Positions 1 through 12,142 of a DNA stretch of 64,000 bases are shown piece by piece (positions within the stretch are counted from its first letter, which is position 1; every line of letters begins with the position of its first letter). Under the pieces are notes generated by a model that saw nothing but the letters and a program-made list of their open reading frames with translations, did not search any database and was not told the DNA's origin. Source of the DNA: Callorhinchus milii. Taxonomy: Eukaryota. The stretch lies in NCBI RefSeq assembly GCF_018977255.1, contig NW_024704742.1:14634001-14698000 (forward strand), read 5' to 3'. Made by a program: the position numbers and the translations under genes.

Positions 1-124
1 TTTCTTTTACAGGCTATTTTAAAAGTATATGCTATGCACTGATTTACGAATGGAACCCTTAATGTCTTCAGTATGCTATCGTTATGCTTTTGGCCTGACC
101 TACAACTCACTTTCTTTTATTTAG

Positions 125-706
125 CAGAAGCAAGGGGGTTTCTATTCTGTGACACCATCAGGCAAGCTACCACCAAGCTATCCACGGCGATTTTCTGAAG
201 CACAGACAGTGCAGCAGACAACAAGCAAATTGTCAGGAAGATCGGCTTCTTTGTCGGATAAACCCCGGTTGAAGAAGCTGACGCCGTGGGATGCAGCAGC
301 ACAGTCTGCCGTTGGCTCAGTGGAGGATGCATTTTCCTCCAGAAATATACAAGAGTCAATAGTGAAGAATGTTGTTTCGGCAGCTCGTCGGAAGACGTTA
401 CCCGAGCCCCCAGAGGAATGGAAAGCACGGGTAGCCTACGAACCCCCATCCCCTGGTGGATACTCCTCCATGGCAACTTTCAACGTGAGGCGACCGTCTA
501 ACATCATATCACCTGTCAAAAGCACAGTGTCTGCTCCTGAATCCTCAATACAGGAGGGATCAGTGCACAAGCGTTCATTTAGTTATCAGCGATCACTGAC
601 CGACTCCGATATCTCCACGAGCGTGTGCTCCGATCCCGGATCAGGGAAGCACAAGACTGATCCAAATTATAACCCTTATCCTCGGGGCTGGAGAAAGCAA
701 AGATGA
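125..706 (+). CDS. SYNPO2: Synaptopodin-2 (myopodin) terminal coding exon, long C-terminal isoform; upstream exons lie outside the window
   Basis: Translation contains TPWDAAAQSAVGSVEDAFSSRNIQESIVKNVVSAARRKTLPEPPEEW and ends NYNPYPRGWRKQR-TGA(704-706), matching the SYNPO2 C-terminus as I recall it. A pyrimidine tract precedes TAG CAG AAG acceptors at 122-130. The gene lies directly upstream of MYOZ2. Confidence 0.9.
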   Translation, partial: QKQGGFYSVTPSGKLPPSYPRRFSEAQTVQQTTSKLSGRSASLSDKPRLKKLTPWDAAAQSAVGSVEDAFSSRNIQESIVKNVVSAARRKTLPEPPEEWKARVAYEPPSPGGYSSMATFNVRRPSNIISPVKSTVSAPESSIQEGSVHKRSFSYQRSLTDSDISTSVCSDPGSGKHKTDPNYNPYPRGWRKQR

Positions 707-1117
707 GCGCATGAATCAAAGGGAATCTTGACACGAGTCTGGATGTGTAGTGTGCTATCAGGAGAGGGCTCTGAATCTGAAAGTAAAATCAAAGAAGGAA
801 AAGGGACAAACGAGCTACAGCATCGGGTGGGCACAATCCTCAGTGTTGATTTTCTGTAATATCTTGCAACCTGCAAAATGTTTTTTATAGCACATATTCT
901 AGCAAGATTACAAATTGCTTAAATAATATCTAAGAATGAATACCGTGATAATCACAAAGCTTTTGTATACAGTGCGTATGCAATGATTTGATACTGTACT
1001 ATTATGTGGTTTGGTTTGGAGATAGTGTCACAGAGTCAAGTTGCTGAGTGGGGAAACTGAAGACTTTTAGGAAAAATTGATGAGCGATGAAACACTTCAA
1101 TAATATAATAGTGGGCG

Positions 1118-1245
1118 TTCACTACATTGCATTTGATATAGCGCCTTATCACTTTGTTGAGACATCTAATGTGCTTCATAGGATATACTATAAAGTGAAT
1201 TGACTGTGTATTTTGTGGGCGAAAAGCGGCAGCCAATTGCAAACA
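1118..1245 (-). mobile_element. SINE 3' fragment (Deu domain end plus tail) in the SYNPO2 3' UTR
   Basis: Reverse complement of the family tail: ttgcatttgatatagcgcc...ggcagccaattgc. Confidence 0.8.
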
Positions 1246-1801
1246 CGTGCATTTCAGGTGTTATTGTAGGTACAGTATATTCAGTTTTGCTTAAATGTAA
1301 CAATAATACATCAGAGAACCATTCGATCTCTGGCAAGCGCATCTGGAATTAGAGCAGCCTGGGAGCATTGGCAGACTGTACCACATTTGAGGAGATTATG
1401 AGAGGAATTACACAAGACTGCTCCAGACAAACTCCAGCAGAGGACGAGAGATATGATAAATCATCAAAATGAAGCTTGAGATTGTGGTTATGCCCTTGTA
1501 ATACACTTCTAATCGTTTGACTGATGCAATTTCAATTTCTTTTAAAAATGAAAAAATATTCTGACCTACTTCTTATGAGGACTTGTCCATTATTTCTTGG
1601 ATAGAGGATGACAGCTTTTTTTAAATGGAAAAATCAATCAGAAGGAGGCAGTATCTCAAAACAAAGGGAATGTTCAACAGAATGTCTTTTAGTTGCTTTT
1701 GTGTTACTCAGAAATACAATGTGCCATGGATTCCACACATAGGATTCTGTATACAAATGGTAAGGTTTGAAAAACTGTCTTTCAGAAAAAATTAATCAAA
1801 A

Positions 1802-1807
1802 AATAAA
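1802..1807 (+). promoter_or_regulatory. Candidate SYNPO2 polyadenylation signal
   Basis: AATAAA ~1.1 kb after the stop codon; usage cannot be shown from sequence. Confidence 0.35.
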
Positions 1808-1945
1808 GCCCGCATTACAAGCCGTGTATTGAAAAAAATCAGAGCTTACAATCTTTTAAGCATGGTAACTGCTATGAATACCTATGAAACTGATTCAGTG
1901 TAGACATTGAAAGCAGCAGAAAATATTTTATAAGTTTAGCATCAT

Positions 1946-2314
1946 GTGAAGTCCTGTAGCTCAGTGGTTAGAGCACTTGCTTGGCAAGCGAGAGATCTGG
2001 GTTCGATTCTTGGCAGGATGAAATGTTAGGCAGGTTTCCTTACTCCATATGCTTCTGTTCAGTTAGCAGTACGTAGGAACCCAGTTGTTAGTCTATTGGC
2101 AGATTTATTTTCCAAGGGTAATAATTCCTTAAAAATAATTATAATAATAAATTGATTACATGAATCCACGACTGTTTGTGGGACACTGCTGTGTGCAATT
2201 GGCTGCCAGCTTTCACCCACAAAATATACAGTCAATTCACTTTTCAGTATATTCTGTGAAGCGCTTTGAGACATCTAGAAGACGTGAAAAGCACTATATC
2301 AAATGCAAGGATTA
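1946..2314 (+). mobile_element. tRNA-headed Deu-domain SINE, long subfamily
   Basis: A box TAGCTCAGTGG, B box GGTTCGATTC, Deu-like core tgtgggacactgctgtgtgcaattggctgcc, L2-like tail. Confidence 0.9.
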
Positions 2315-5176
2315 AATACACTGCTGGTAGCCTTAGCCAAACTAGTGCTGATGCCTCCTTTACTGCAGATCTTCTAAATTAACACTTTAAACCCGATAGG
2401 ATATTTGCTCTGCTTTCTCTTAAGTGATAGTTAATTTATATTATGTGGCAGTGCCTGAATTGAAAGATGGTTGGTGGAGACTGGAAGAGACAGTCAATAC
2501 TCGAAGAAGGTCGAAAGGATGTTTGGGGAGCATTTGCTCAACTTGGAAAGTGAGGGGTTCAATGTAACGTCTGAATTGAAGGTTAACAGTAAGTGAGGTA
2601 TGTTATGAGATATGAGTCCAGAATTTCTGAGGGATTGTAAAAATGGCTTGAATTGTGAATTTATTCTGCTTAATATTTTATGTATAGAAAGAATTAGCAC
2701 ATTGTCTTCGTTAGTTGTCTTAGAATAAACTGCTTTACCCCAAAATCTAACAGTCATTGGTGATTCTGGCTCGGGAAGCTAATCACAATGATAAGTGATT
2801 GGGGGCCAAGAAACCAGGTGAAAGATGTAGAATTCAGTCTTCAAAGATCTATCACAAATCTGCTTGAGGTCTTAAAATGATTCACAGTGTATAACCTCTA
2901 TTTTCCAAAAATAATGGCTATTAGTTGAGTCAACGGGAGTGGTCAGTACTCCGACCCCACCCACCCGCACCATTAAATACAATAGGAGTTGCTGATGTGC
3001 ATGTGACCTCTTATTGCCCTGGCCTTTTGCAGCCTTCTCATTCTCTATTCGTTTTCAGTAGGAGGGTGCATTCAAAGGCTTGCTATAACAAATTATGGTA
3101 CATTCTTGCAACTAGTTAAAGCACAACTATAATCAGTACATTATTATTAATTATCAATTCATTATTGATAATTATTATTTATAATATTCCTTGCATTTGA
3201 TATAGTGCCTAACATGTCATCAAGAAAGTGCTTCACAGGATTTTTACTGTACTGACTGTGTATTTATAGTGTGAATAAGAAGAGGCATAGCATTTGGAGG
3301 AGATTAAAAGAAACGTGTTCATGTAGATTGGCTGCCGCATTTGCCTATATAACAAGATGCTATCCCACATGAAGTGTGCTATATAAATGCAAGCTGTTGT
3401 TGTTGCTCAATATTAAAAACAAGTTTAGTATTTATTTTCAGATCATCATTCCATTTTTCTGATTGTGATATTAGATTCTATCTGCCTTACAATTGATAAA
3501 CCCAATGACTGTTTAATAATGTTCCTATTTCAAAGAAATGCAGTCTTTCTCCCGATTGCCTGGTTCATACACCTTTCCTAATTCAAATTTATCACTAAAT
3601 TTAAACAGGTTACTCATCTGATTATTATTTGAGGCACATTGTTGCTAAAAATTTTGCTGTCGGTTTGCCTATAGAGCAGATTCAATTTAATTTCTTATCA
3701 ACTTTAAGTGCTTCAAAATGTTTATTTCATATAAAAGGTGCCTGTTTGATTAGTGGGTGTCTGACACATGTCGGAACCTATCCCTATGCTTAAGAGTATT
3801 CAATCCAGACTGAGAGTTCCACATATGTGTGTGTTACTTATGGTCTAGAAATTTCACTGCGTCTGGATGAATACACACTCTTTCCTTGGAGAAAAACACC
3901 ATGCTTGTTTACTTCCAGAAAGTATTAGGCACAGGCAGGCAAGAGCCAAAGCTTGGAAACCCCAAAGTGTGCATTGGGGTACAGCTAGAAATTAACCAAC
4001 TAAAACCACATAGCTTGCCATTGAGAGCAATGTCTTGCAAGTTTTCTGTGTCTGAACCTCCCAAGACCACCCTACTCATTTAGGCTTTCGCTTGCTAGAT
4101 TAACAAGAGGAAAGAATCCTGGCCCCCATTGACCAGTCTTGCTGAAAGCCAAGTTGACTGGTCTGTTGTTAGCAGCAGCTTGAAATACTCCGGACTAATA
4201 TATTGAGATCACCACAAAAGATCGACTCAATTCTGATATTCCATTTGCCAGGCAAGTCAGTGAGTTGCCATCTCAGCTTCAAGAAGATCCTTACTTATTT
4301 CCCAGTTGGTGGTTTATAAATGCAAATGACTATTATTATTAGAACATGAAATTCTTGCCATATCTGGTTATTGAGGCCAAGACTGTAACATTCAATAGGA
4401 AATTGGATAAAGACTTAGAGATGAAAAATACAAAAAGGGGATGGAAACAGAGCAAGGAAGTGATTTAAAGTAAATAGCTCAAGTGCATGAGCTGCTGTCA
4501 GCATACATTGGCTCAAATGATCTCTTCATAAGCTGCAATGTCTATGATTGTACAGTATCTGAAATGTTATGCTATTTACCGTATTTTGTGCACATCCTTG
4601 AAATGATAATGTTCTTATCCTGGTGTTATCCATAACATGACTTCAGTCCAGAGTGCTGATTTTGTTGTTGTATTGCAATGCTTATATTCACGTACAGGAG
4701 GAATATATGCAACACTCTTCTCACTTATTAAACACTGAAAAAGTTATTATATGCAGCACGTCACATATTTTTGAAATGGCAAATGTGCACAAATAATTGT
4801 TTCTGAGGAGCATATTTGACAAATACCCTGATAATCTCAGTACGGTACGAAATGTTCTAGGACACTTATTTGTGCTTCAAAAGTGCTTTATTCCTGTACT
4901 ATTGTTGAAGCATTCATGAAAACCTATTGCATGTGCAATTGTCTTTGTCTAGTGTGTATCCACAAATTCCTTTAAATGCTCAAACTACAATAAATGGATT
5001 TAATGTTGCATTTTTTGGTCAGACAAATCCATCCCGGCCTTCAGTAAAGAAGAATACAGATTCACAGATGATTTTCCGATCTTCAGTACATTTGTCGACC
5101 TTAGAGCAGACGTAAGGAGGTAAACTAAAAATAGAGAAAAAAGAACATAAAATGGATCTGGATAACAACACCAACT

Positions 5177-5565
5177 TAATAATAATAATCCTTGCATTTA
5201 TATAGCGCCCTCCACGACGGGCGGCGTCCCAGAGTGCTTAACAATGATGCAGCCTGGTGCTGAGCCAGGGGGAGGGAGAAAGGTGAACCATAGGCACGGT
5301 CGAAGAGGAAGGTCTTCAGGCACAACCTGAAAATGGGGAAAAAGCCGCCGATGGTGAGGGTGAGGAGGAGGCTGGAGCCAGTAGAGCGGAGGCAGCGGGT
5401 ACTAGTGTGGGGAGAGAGGAGGTTAGAGAGATAGGGGGCTGCCAAGGCATGGAGGGATCTAAGCACCAGAGTGAGAATCTTGAAGTCGATCTGCTCTGTA
5501 TCAGGGAGCCAGTGGAGTTTGGCAAGGACTGGAGTAATCGGGGTGCGGAGTTCAGTGCGGATGAG
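5177..5565 (-). mobile_element. L2 LINE 3' fragment with (ATT)n tail
   Basis: Minus-strand translation RIDFKILTLVLRSLHALAAPYLSNLL...LKTFLFDRAY is typical of the L2 ORF2 C-terminus. Confidence 0.8.
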
Positions 5566-5665
5566 AATTTAGGCGAGATAGGACCATAGGAAAACAGGAG
5601 GCCATTTAGCCCATTGAGCCAGTTCCACTAGTTTATTAGATCTTAATAATAATAATACTAATCGC

Positions 5666-5983
5666 GGAGTCCTGTAGCTCAGTGGTTAGAGCACTCGCCT
5701 TGCAAGCAAGAGACCTGAGTTCAATTCCAGGCAGAGGGCGAAACCTTGGGCAAGTTTCCTTACTCCACACAGAGCCTAATAATAATCCCTCCAAAACCAA
5801 AAACAATAATAAATTGGTCATTTTCAATCTACGACTGTTTGTGGGACATTGCTGTGCGCAATTGGCTGCCGCGTTCGCCCACAAATATACAGTCAATTCA
5901 CTTTACAGTGTGTTCTGTGAAGCGCTTTGGGACGTCCTCCTGACGTGAAAAGCACTATATCAAATGCAAGGATTATTATTATT
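5666..5983 (+). mobile_element. tRNA-headed Deu-domain SINE, short subfamily
   Basis: Near-identical to the copies at 45485 and 47775; ends caaatgcaagg(att)n. Confidence 0.92.
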
Positions 5984-7949
5984 AATCATGTAGCGTCGTA
6001 TCAAGTTACCAAAATGTCTCAAGACTGGATAAGTAGCAGAAGGCTTGCGAATCAGTGTCGCAAGGGCAACATACATACAATTTTAGCTGGTTAACTTCCA
6101 TCAGTATCCAAGCACACACTTTGGCAAGTTACCAATCTGTGTCTAAACTTTCTGGAATTAGGTAAAAGCCGGATGTGTCCCTTCAAGGTGAATACACATT
6201 CCATACCAAGCAAATAGAAATTTCCATATACAAGTGCAACTTTCAGTTTGATTTGGACACTCTTTAAACATACTGATATGTTTTTGCACTCCGTTGACCA
6301 AAAATAGCCTACAAAATTTTAATTTGATCTCCTTCCCCCCCTCCCAATTTCATTTGATCATTGACATAAACTGAGCCAGATTACCAATGTCCCCCCAAAA
6401 TTGGCAAATGTAATTGTGCATTGTAATTACACTTAGCCAGAAATTCCAGCTCATTAGACCAGATTCCCCCAACCTCCCCCTCCCCCACATTAGTCAACTA
6501 GCCAGAGGATTAGTGTCATGTACACCTTTACTATAGACTGAACATCTCACACCACTAATTTTTTTTTAAAAGCAGGTACAATTCATCACAGAAACAGGCA
6601 GTGGAGGTAACCACTTCTTTCAACAACAACAACTTGCACTTATATAGCTCCCTCCACAAAGGTAAAGTGTGGAGGATCTCAGAGTGCTTGAAGAGAGAAA
6701 AGGGATTTGGTTTGGTTAATGTGCAAGCCTACAGTTAGCAGCACATTCCTGAATCAAGTGGTCTTGACCCATATATAGTGCATCTAGATTATGAATACAG
6801 GTTTACTTGATCAGCTATATCTGGATCTTGGTACTCTGATTGTAAATCCTGTCTGTTTGGGCTTGTCCACAGTATGTTTTAACACAGTTTCCTTGGTGAC
6901 TTCAGCAATATTAATTCCATCTTGAATGTCCAATTTTCAGTGACAATGAAGTTGCTGTGAAGGAAGAAGACACTTTGTGTTGGTTCACTCGTTATCTACG
7001 CTTTCACGCAGCCCTGTAGGACAGAGTAATCCTGGAATGTCCCTGCAGTTGGTTGAATATGTCTGCTATTCTCCATTGAGTGACCATCTTGGAAAGACTT
7101 GTGGATGACAGCTGGCCCTGCTGTGGACATAGTGTACGTGAATGCCAACGGAAATACCTTGACAATTCCAGTCATTGCATGTTTTGGGGAAATGATCTTG
7201 AAAAGTTCCAGGCTGCTGTTATTTCCAGGCTCATTAATGGTTTATTGCTTGTGCAGGCTTTCCTTCAAAGCTTTAACATTTCTGCTGAGTATTATAACAA
7301 GCTGCCCTGATTTTCCACTGAGTAACTTGCAAGTGGTGTATTGCCAAAGTTCTGATGTCTGCATTAAAAACAAGGTACGGCAATAGGGGGAGAAATAACC
7401 GTTATGATCACCCTACCTTTTTTCCTCCTTTATTCATGATGAAACAAATACATAGTCAATCCACTTTGGTATATCCTGTGAAGCACTTTGAGATTTCTCG
7501 AGAACGAGAAAAGGTGCTAAATCAAATGTAAGGATTATTATTGTAACAAAATGACTGCAGTCATGCCTTCAATTAACTAAGAATCCATCTTCATGACAAT
7601 TTGAGCTGGTTTTAAAAAGAGTACTTGACGTGCTTTCATTTGACTCATAATAATTCACCACACATGTCCTTTCCTCAATTACATACTAAAATAATGGGCT
7701 TATTGCCAAAAAGCAATGTAACTCTAGTGAGAGCAGGTGACTATTTGTCATGAGGAATAAGCTTATACCAAAGTCTAATGATAGTCCCATCTCCAGACCA
7801 CAAAAGAAAGTCATGTGGTTTTAAGAGCTATTCCTCCTCCTACTTACTGTTTGGTGTCATAATGCTACTGTAGCTTGTATTTCTTTACAACTTTGGAATA
7901 CAGCTTCTGCTTTCAGTGATAAACAATGACAGCCTAGCTCAGTATTGTC

Positions 7950-8285
7950 AGCCTGGCTTGGTTGGTAGCACTCTTGCCTCTGAGTTACAAGGTTATAAGT
8001 TCCTATTCCATGCCAGGACTTTGAACACAGCTCTGGGGGAACGCTGTAATGTTGGAAGTCTAGTTCTTTGGATGAGATGTTAAGTGAAGTGCTGTTTGCC
8101 TACTCAAGTGCATGTTAAAAATCCCATGGCACTATTTGAAAAGAGAAGGGTGTTTCTTCCAGCATCCTAACCAACTATCCCCCACCTTAAATTAGTCATT
8201 TATGGCTTTTTGTGGGACATTGCTGTGTTCAAGTTGGCTACCTCATTTGCTTATAAATACAGTCACTATACTTCACAGTACAAAC
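7950..8285 (+). mobile_element. Old SacSINE1/DeuSINE-like element
   Basis: ttggtagcactcttgcctctgagt head, gttaaaaatcccatggcactatttgaa middle, tgtgggacattgctgtg Deu core; diverged. Confidence 0.7.
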
Positions 8286-10012
8286 ATATATATATATACA
8301 CAAAAACAGTCATGGATTAAAAATGCACAAACAGTTTTGGGACTGACATTAGATTAATTCCCTGAACACAATAGCTTCTCCTCCCTTGCCCATGAACCGT
8401 GAGGCTGATTTTAGCACCACAACTGCTGCCCGGCAGAGATCAACTAACTCAGCACAGACCAGAATTAGAATTTGCTACCTTTGGTTCACACAGCCTTGTC
8501 CTCACTATTCAATATTTTTACCCACTATGTTATCAGAGGAGCTTATGAGGTAGTGCAGAATAAACGTTGTGTCATCATATCTTAATACCCATGGAATTTT
8601 AAGTCCAAACTCTGTGATTGAAAGTGTTTTCAATCAATAATGTTGCCTGTCTCCCATCATGGCATTAATTTTAATTTTAGTGCTAATCACAAATAGAATG
8701 CCGGGGGAGAGAATAAGAGCATTTGTAACACAAACATTTAATATTCTGACTTTTGAATTTATCATGCTGCTGAGGCCTGACATTCTGAAAACAAATTAAA
8801 ATTACCCCCTTTCATTTCTCTATCACTGTAGCAAACTATTTTATTGGTTTAATTGGCTTACAGCACTATGTAATCAGCTGCTAAATTATGTTTTATTTTG
8901 GGCATTTTATTTAATCTGACAGGAGTGAGCAGCTGCACAAATACAATTATCTTCAAATTCTGCATTAAATTTGCCCAAATGTGCACACCCACTGTAATTT
9001 TATAATTGCTCAGACCACACATATGATCACAATGTTAATTATTGGAATACTAAATGTGTACATAGAATACCGCCCAGATAATCATGCTACAAAACATGAA
9101 TGTAGCAATTAAGAAGTATGGACATTTTTCGAGTGCTTTATCCTTGGAAAGGAACTGAATGTTCCTTTATGCACCAAACTGCTTTGAACACCTTCAAGAA
9201 CTAATGTTGTGAATGAACCGTCTTGTTTGGATGTTGCTTCACTGCTTGGCCTTCCTTAACCCTTTGGCCTCGTTCCAAGTAATGCAAAAATGTGAATAAT
9301 AGAAATGTTCTGTGGTTTTGGTCCTTCAGATGAGACCTTCCACTTTCAGCTGGGATGTTATGTTGCCAGCCTGGCTCGAAAGGCAGCACTCTTGCTTTTA
9401 GATCAAAAGAAGATTATGGGTTGAAGCACCATGTTGATACATTTGAACTCAAGTCCATTTGAGGCTGACATTCCAGTGCAGAGCTGGGGGGAATGCTGCA
9501 TTATCAGGAGAGCTGGTTATGACAAGAATGGTTTGATTCATAATTATCTTGGGTAGTTGTTCATCCTTTCTCAAATAAGAGAGCAATACCTCAAACTTTA
9601 ATTGGATTACTTAATGAATGATATTATGACAACCTTCTTGTAATCCTTGTACCCATAACATTGAGAGGTTTCCAAGGATCTTTCATTACTTTTCGAATTA
9701 ATTAAAACCCAAACAAAAATGGTTACCATATATTCTTCATAGTTGGAATTAAAATAGACGTGCATCATCAGAATTGTGTGGAGTATAAACAAGTGGCCTG
9801 TTTTCATGTTGTACATTCTTTGTAAATCTTTGTTAATTTGTTTGTTGGATACATTGATCATATCTGTATCTATAAATTAACCAGATTGATTTTAATGCGA
9901 TTGCTTATGTGCTGATTTGTGCTGTAGACTTATCTACAAATAATTACTATAGTAGATGTCCTCTAACTTCAACCTTTTGTTGGGTACAACTGAGTGGCTG
10001 AAATACTGGGGG

Positions 10013-10022
10013 CTAAATATAG
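10013..10022 (+). promoter_or_regulatory. MEF2 binding site in the putative MYOZ2 promoter
   Basis: CTAAATATAG is an exact CTA(A/T)4TAG match. An E-box CAACTG lies at 9987-9992. The site is ~200 bp upstream of a strong splice donor. Confidence 0.65.
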
Positions 10023-10049
10023 CTGTTTGATGTAAAGTTGATGCCAGTC

Positions 10050-10224
10050 CTTGGGTCTAGTTAATCTTGGTGTTGGGGGCTGTGCAGACCACGGCAGAGC
10101 TGATGCTGCAAAGATCAGTCCTTCTCTGAACACAGAGACACATCTCAAACCATTTCACTGGAAACAAGTATTGGAAGAGAAATATCTTTTCAATTTCCAA
10201 AAGGATCTGCAGTATTTGGCACAG
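10050..10224 (+). other. MYOZ2: Probable non-coding exon 1 of MYOZ2 (start position uncertain)
   Basis: Donor CAG|GTATGT at 10224/10225. The first coding exon has a splice acceptor upstream of its ATG, so a 5' UTR exon is needed. Confidence 0.5.
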
Positions 10225-10829
10225 GTATGTTTATTTGTTCATCCAAGTATTTTGAAAGCATATTGTTTTAATACATGAGCCATGAGAAGAAATTGCCATT
10301 CACCAGCTTGTAACAATCCAAATAATTTTACTTTTTTCACTATTAGTGCAAAGAATCGATGCAACAATAACAAATTCAAATACATGGTTATACTTATCAG
10401 GAGTTTAGAGTATTAATATCCATGTTAAAATAAATAATGTCCATTAAGTATTAAATAGATTTGAGAAAGCAAGAGAGATGTCTGAGAATAAATAAAAAGT
10501 GCAGTTTGTCCAGAACAAGATAATCCTCTCTATCTATATAATTTGTAACATGTTATTTTCATAAGACAAAGGAAGAACATTTGTAATTCATAATGAATTC
10601 TTCAGAAATGCATTCAATGAAAATACACTTTCTACTCTCCTAAGACTATGTCAGTGAGATCATTTTAATAATATGTGTTGATATGATGCTGCAAGCTCAT
10701 AGGATTTGGAATATTTGCCATTGAAAACTAAAGTGAACAATGTCCATTGTTGACGTATTGTTGACATATCCATGCACATTATTTTACTGAATCTTTCAAC
10801 AGCAGATAAAAGCATCAGCTATATAGACA

Positions 10830-10905
10830 ATGCAATCTTACAGCAACCTCACAAAAGAACTGAAACAGCAAGCATCGGCCATTGTAAAAGAAATCCAAGG
10901 AAACG
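10830..10905 (+). CDS. MYOZ2: Myozenin-2 coding exon 1 (MQSYSNLTKELKQQASAIVKEIQGN+G)
   Basis: ATG at 10830, 76 nt, donor G|GTAAG, acceptor CAGCAG at 10800-10805. Resembles the MYOZ2 N-terminal KQQAxAI.KE motif. Not present in the supplied ORF track. Confidence 0.9.
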
Positions 10906-12142
10906 GTAAGGCATTCTCTCCGAAGTCACAATGTTAAACCTAAAATACCAGTCTATTCTCAAAGGTCATATGCCTAATGTATATTTTACCAAAAATAATG
11001 CAATGGGATATTTTGCTCTCTACAGTAAGCAATCCTTTTGTCATTACCAATGTCCTTTGAAAGTTATTTTTGGTTTGAACAACTATATGTAGCTGTGCAG
11101 AGGATTGGAATCTTTGACAGCTGATGTAAATTCCAGAATATGTAGCTATCTGGCTGAGGTTGGAAATTACATCAGCAATAGTCTCACTTACAATAGGCAT
11201 TTGGGGGGAAGGCATGGCTTTATGTGCCCATATATATGTATAGATGTGTGTGTGTGTGCATGAAACAAATGGTTGGATTGAATAAAAAAATTACAGCTGG
11301 ATGCACATGATCAACCCATGTTTAAGCAGTCATCAAACAAATCTGAATGTCATAAGATCTTTGGGTCTGACCTCATCAGTTCTGCCAGCAATCCTGGATT
11401 CTCGTGCTAGCCATTATAATTTTTCATGTGAAAATATTGTCACCCCTGAATTCTTCATGTTTACATGTAGTTTATGATGTTTTGAACAACTTTGGGCCAA
11501 ATGTCTGAGAGACTCACAATGACATTCGCACAACAACACCTTTTATGATTTAAAGACTTGTCCTAAGAGCAATCCAGTGTTTTGAAGCACCATCACATTT
11601 TGATGTGGCACAAGATGTGGCTGTGATGAACATCTGTTATTGTCTGGTATTTCTCCACAAGGAAAAGGTGAATGAAGATCAAAATGGATCAGATGTTCCA
11701 AAGTCATTGATAGACTTGAGAGCAGGATAGCTATCCTACTGTGGAATCAAAAGAAGTGGGTGAAACGTTTTTCTAAATCTGATGAAGTCTTCTAATATTC
11801 CCTTGACATAGTGTTATTTCATTTGTCTTATTTCTTTGGATTTAATCAAAAGAAGACACAAAAATCCAATTGACTTCATGGAGCAGATTCTGTGGCAACT
11901 CAGTCCCGACTGCCCTAATTAGTTTTACTTAAGACCTTTACAAATTCCCTATAAATCTGCAACAAAGTATTATTTGTGAAGAGGACTGAATTTATACTAT
12001 TATCCTTGAGTTTCAATTTAAATCCATGTCAGACAAAATTAAATGGATCAAAATCTTTTCTCGGATGTTAAAGATTTTAAGTAAAAATAATTTGGGCAGT
12101 CCAAACTCTACTATGAAATTCAGTAGTCAAATCAACAGCATA

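Noticed and set aside
117..476. 119-aa antisense ORF over the SYNPO2 exon
   Set aside because: Shadow of the sense coding exon with no recognisable homology
5636..5948. Recurrent small ORFs such as MVRALALQARDL..., MGKFPYST... and ...[11 protein letters not shown]
   Set aside because: They are translations of the SINE consensus, and their recurrence reflects repeat copy number
7080..7386. Overlapping ORFs and splice-like signals between SYNPO2 and MYOZ2
   Set aside because: No frame on either strand gave a recognisable protein, and the minus-strand frame after the apparent acceptor stops early
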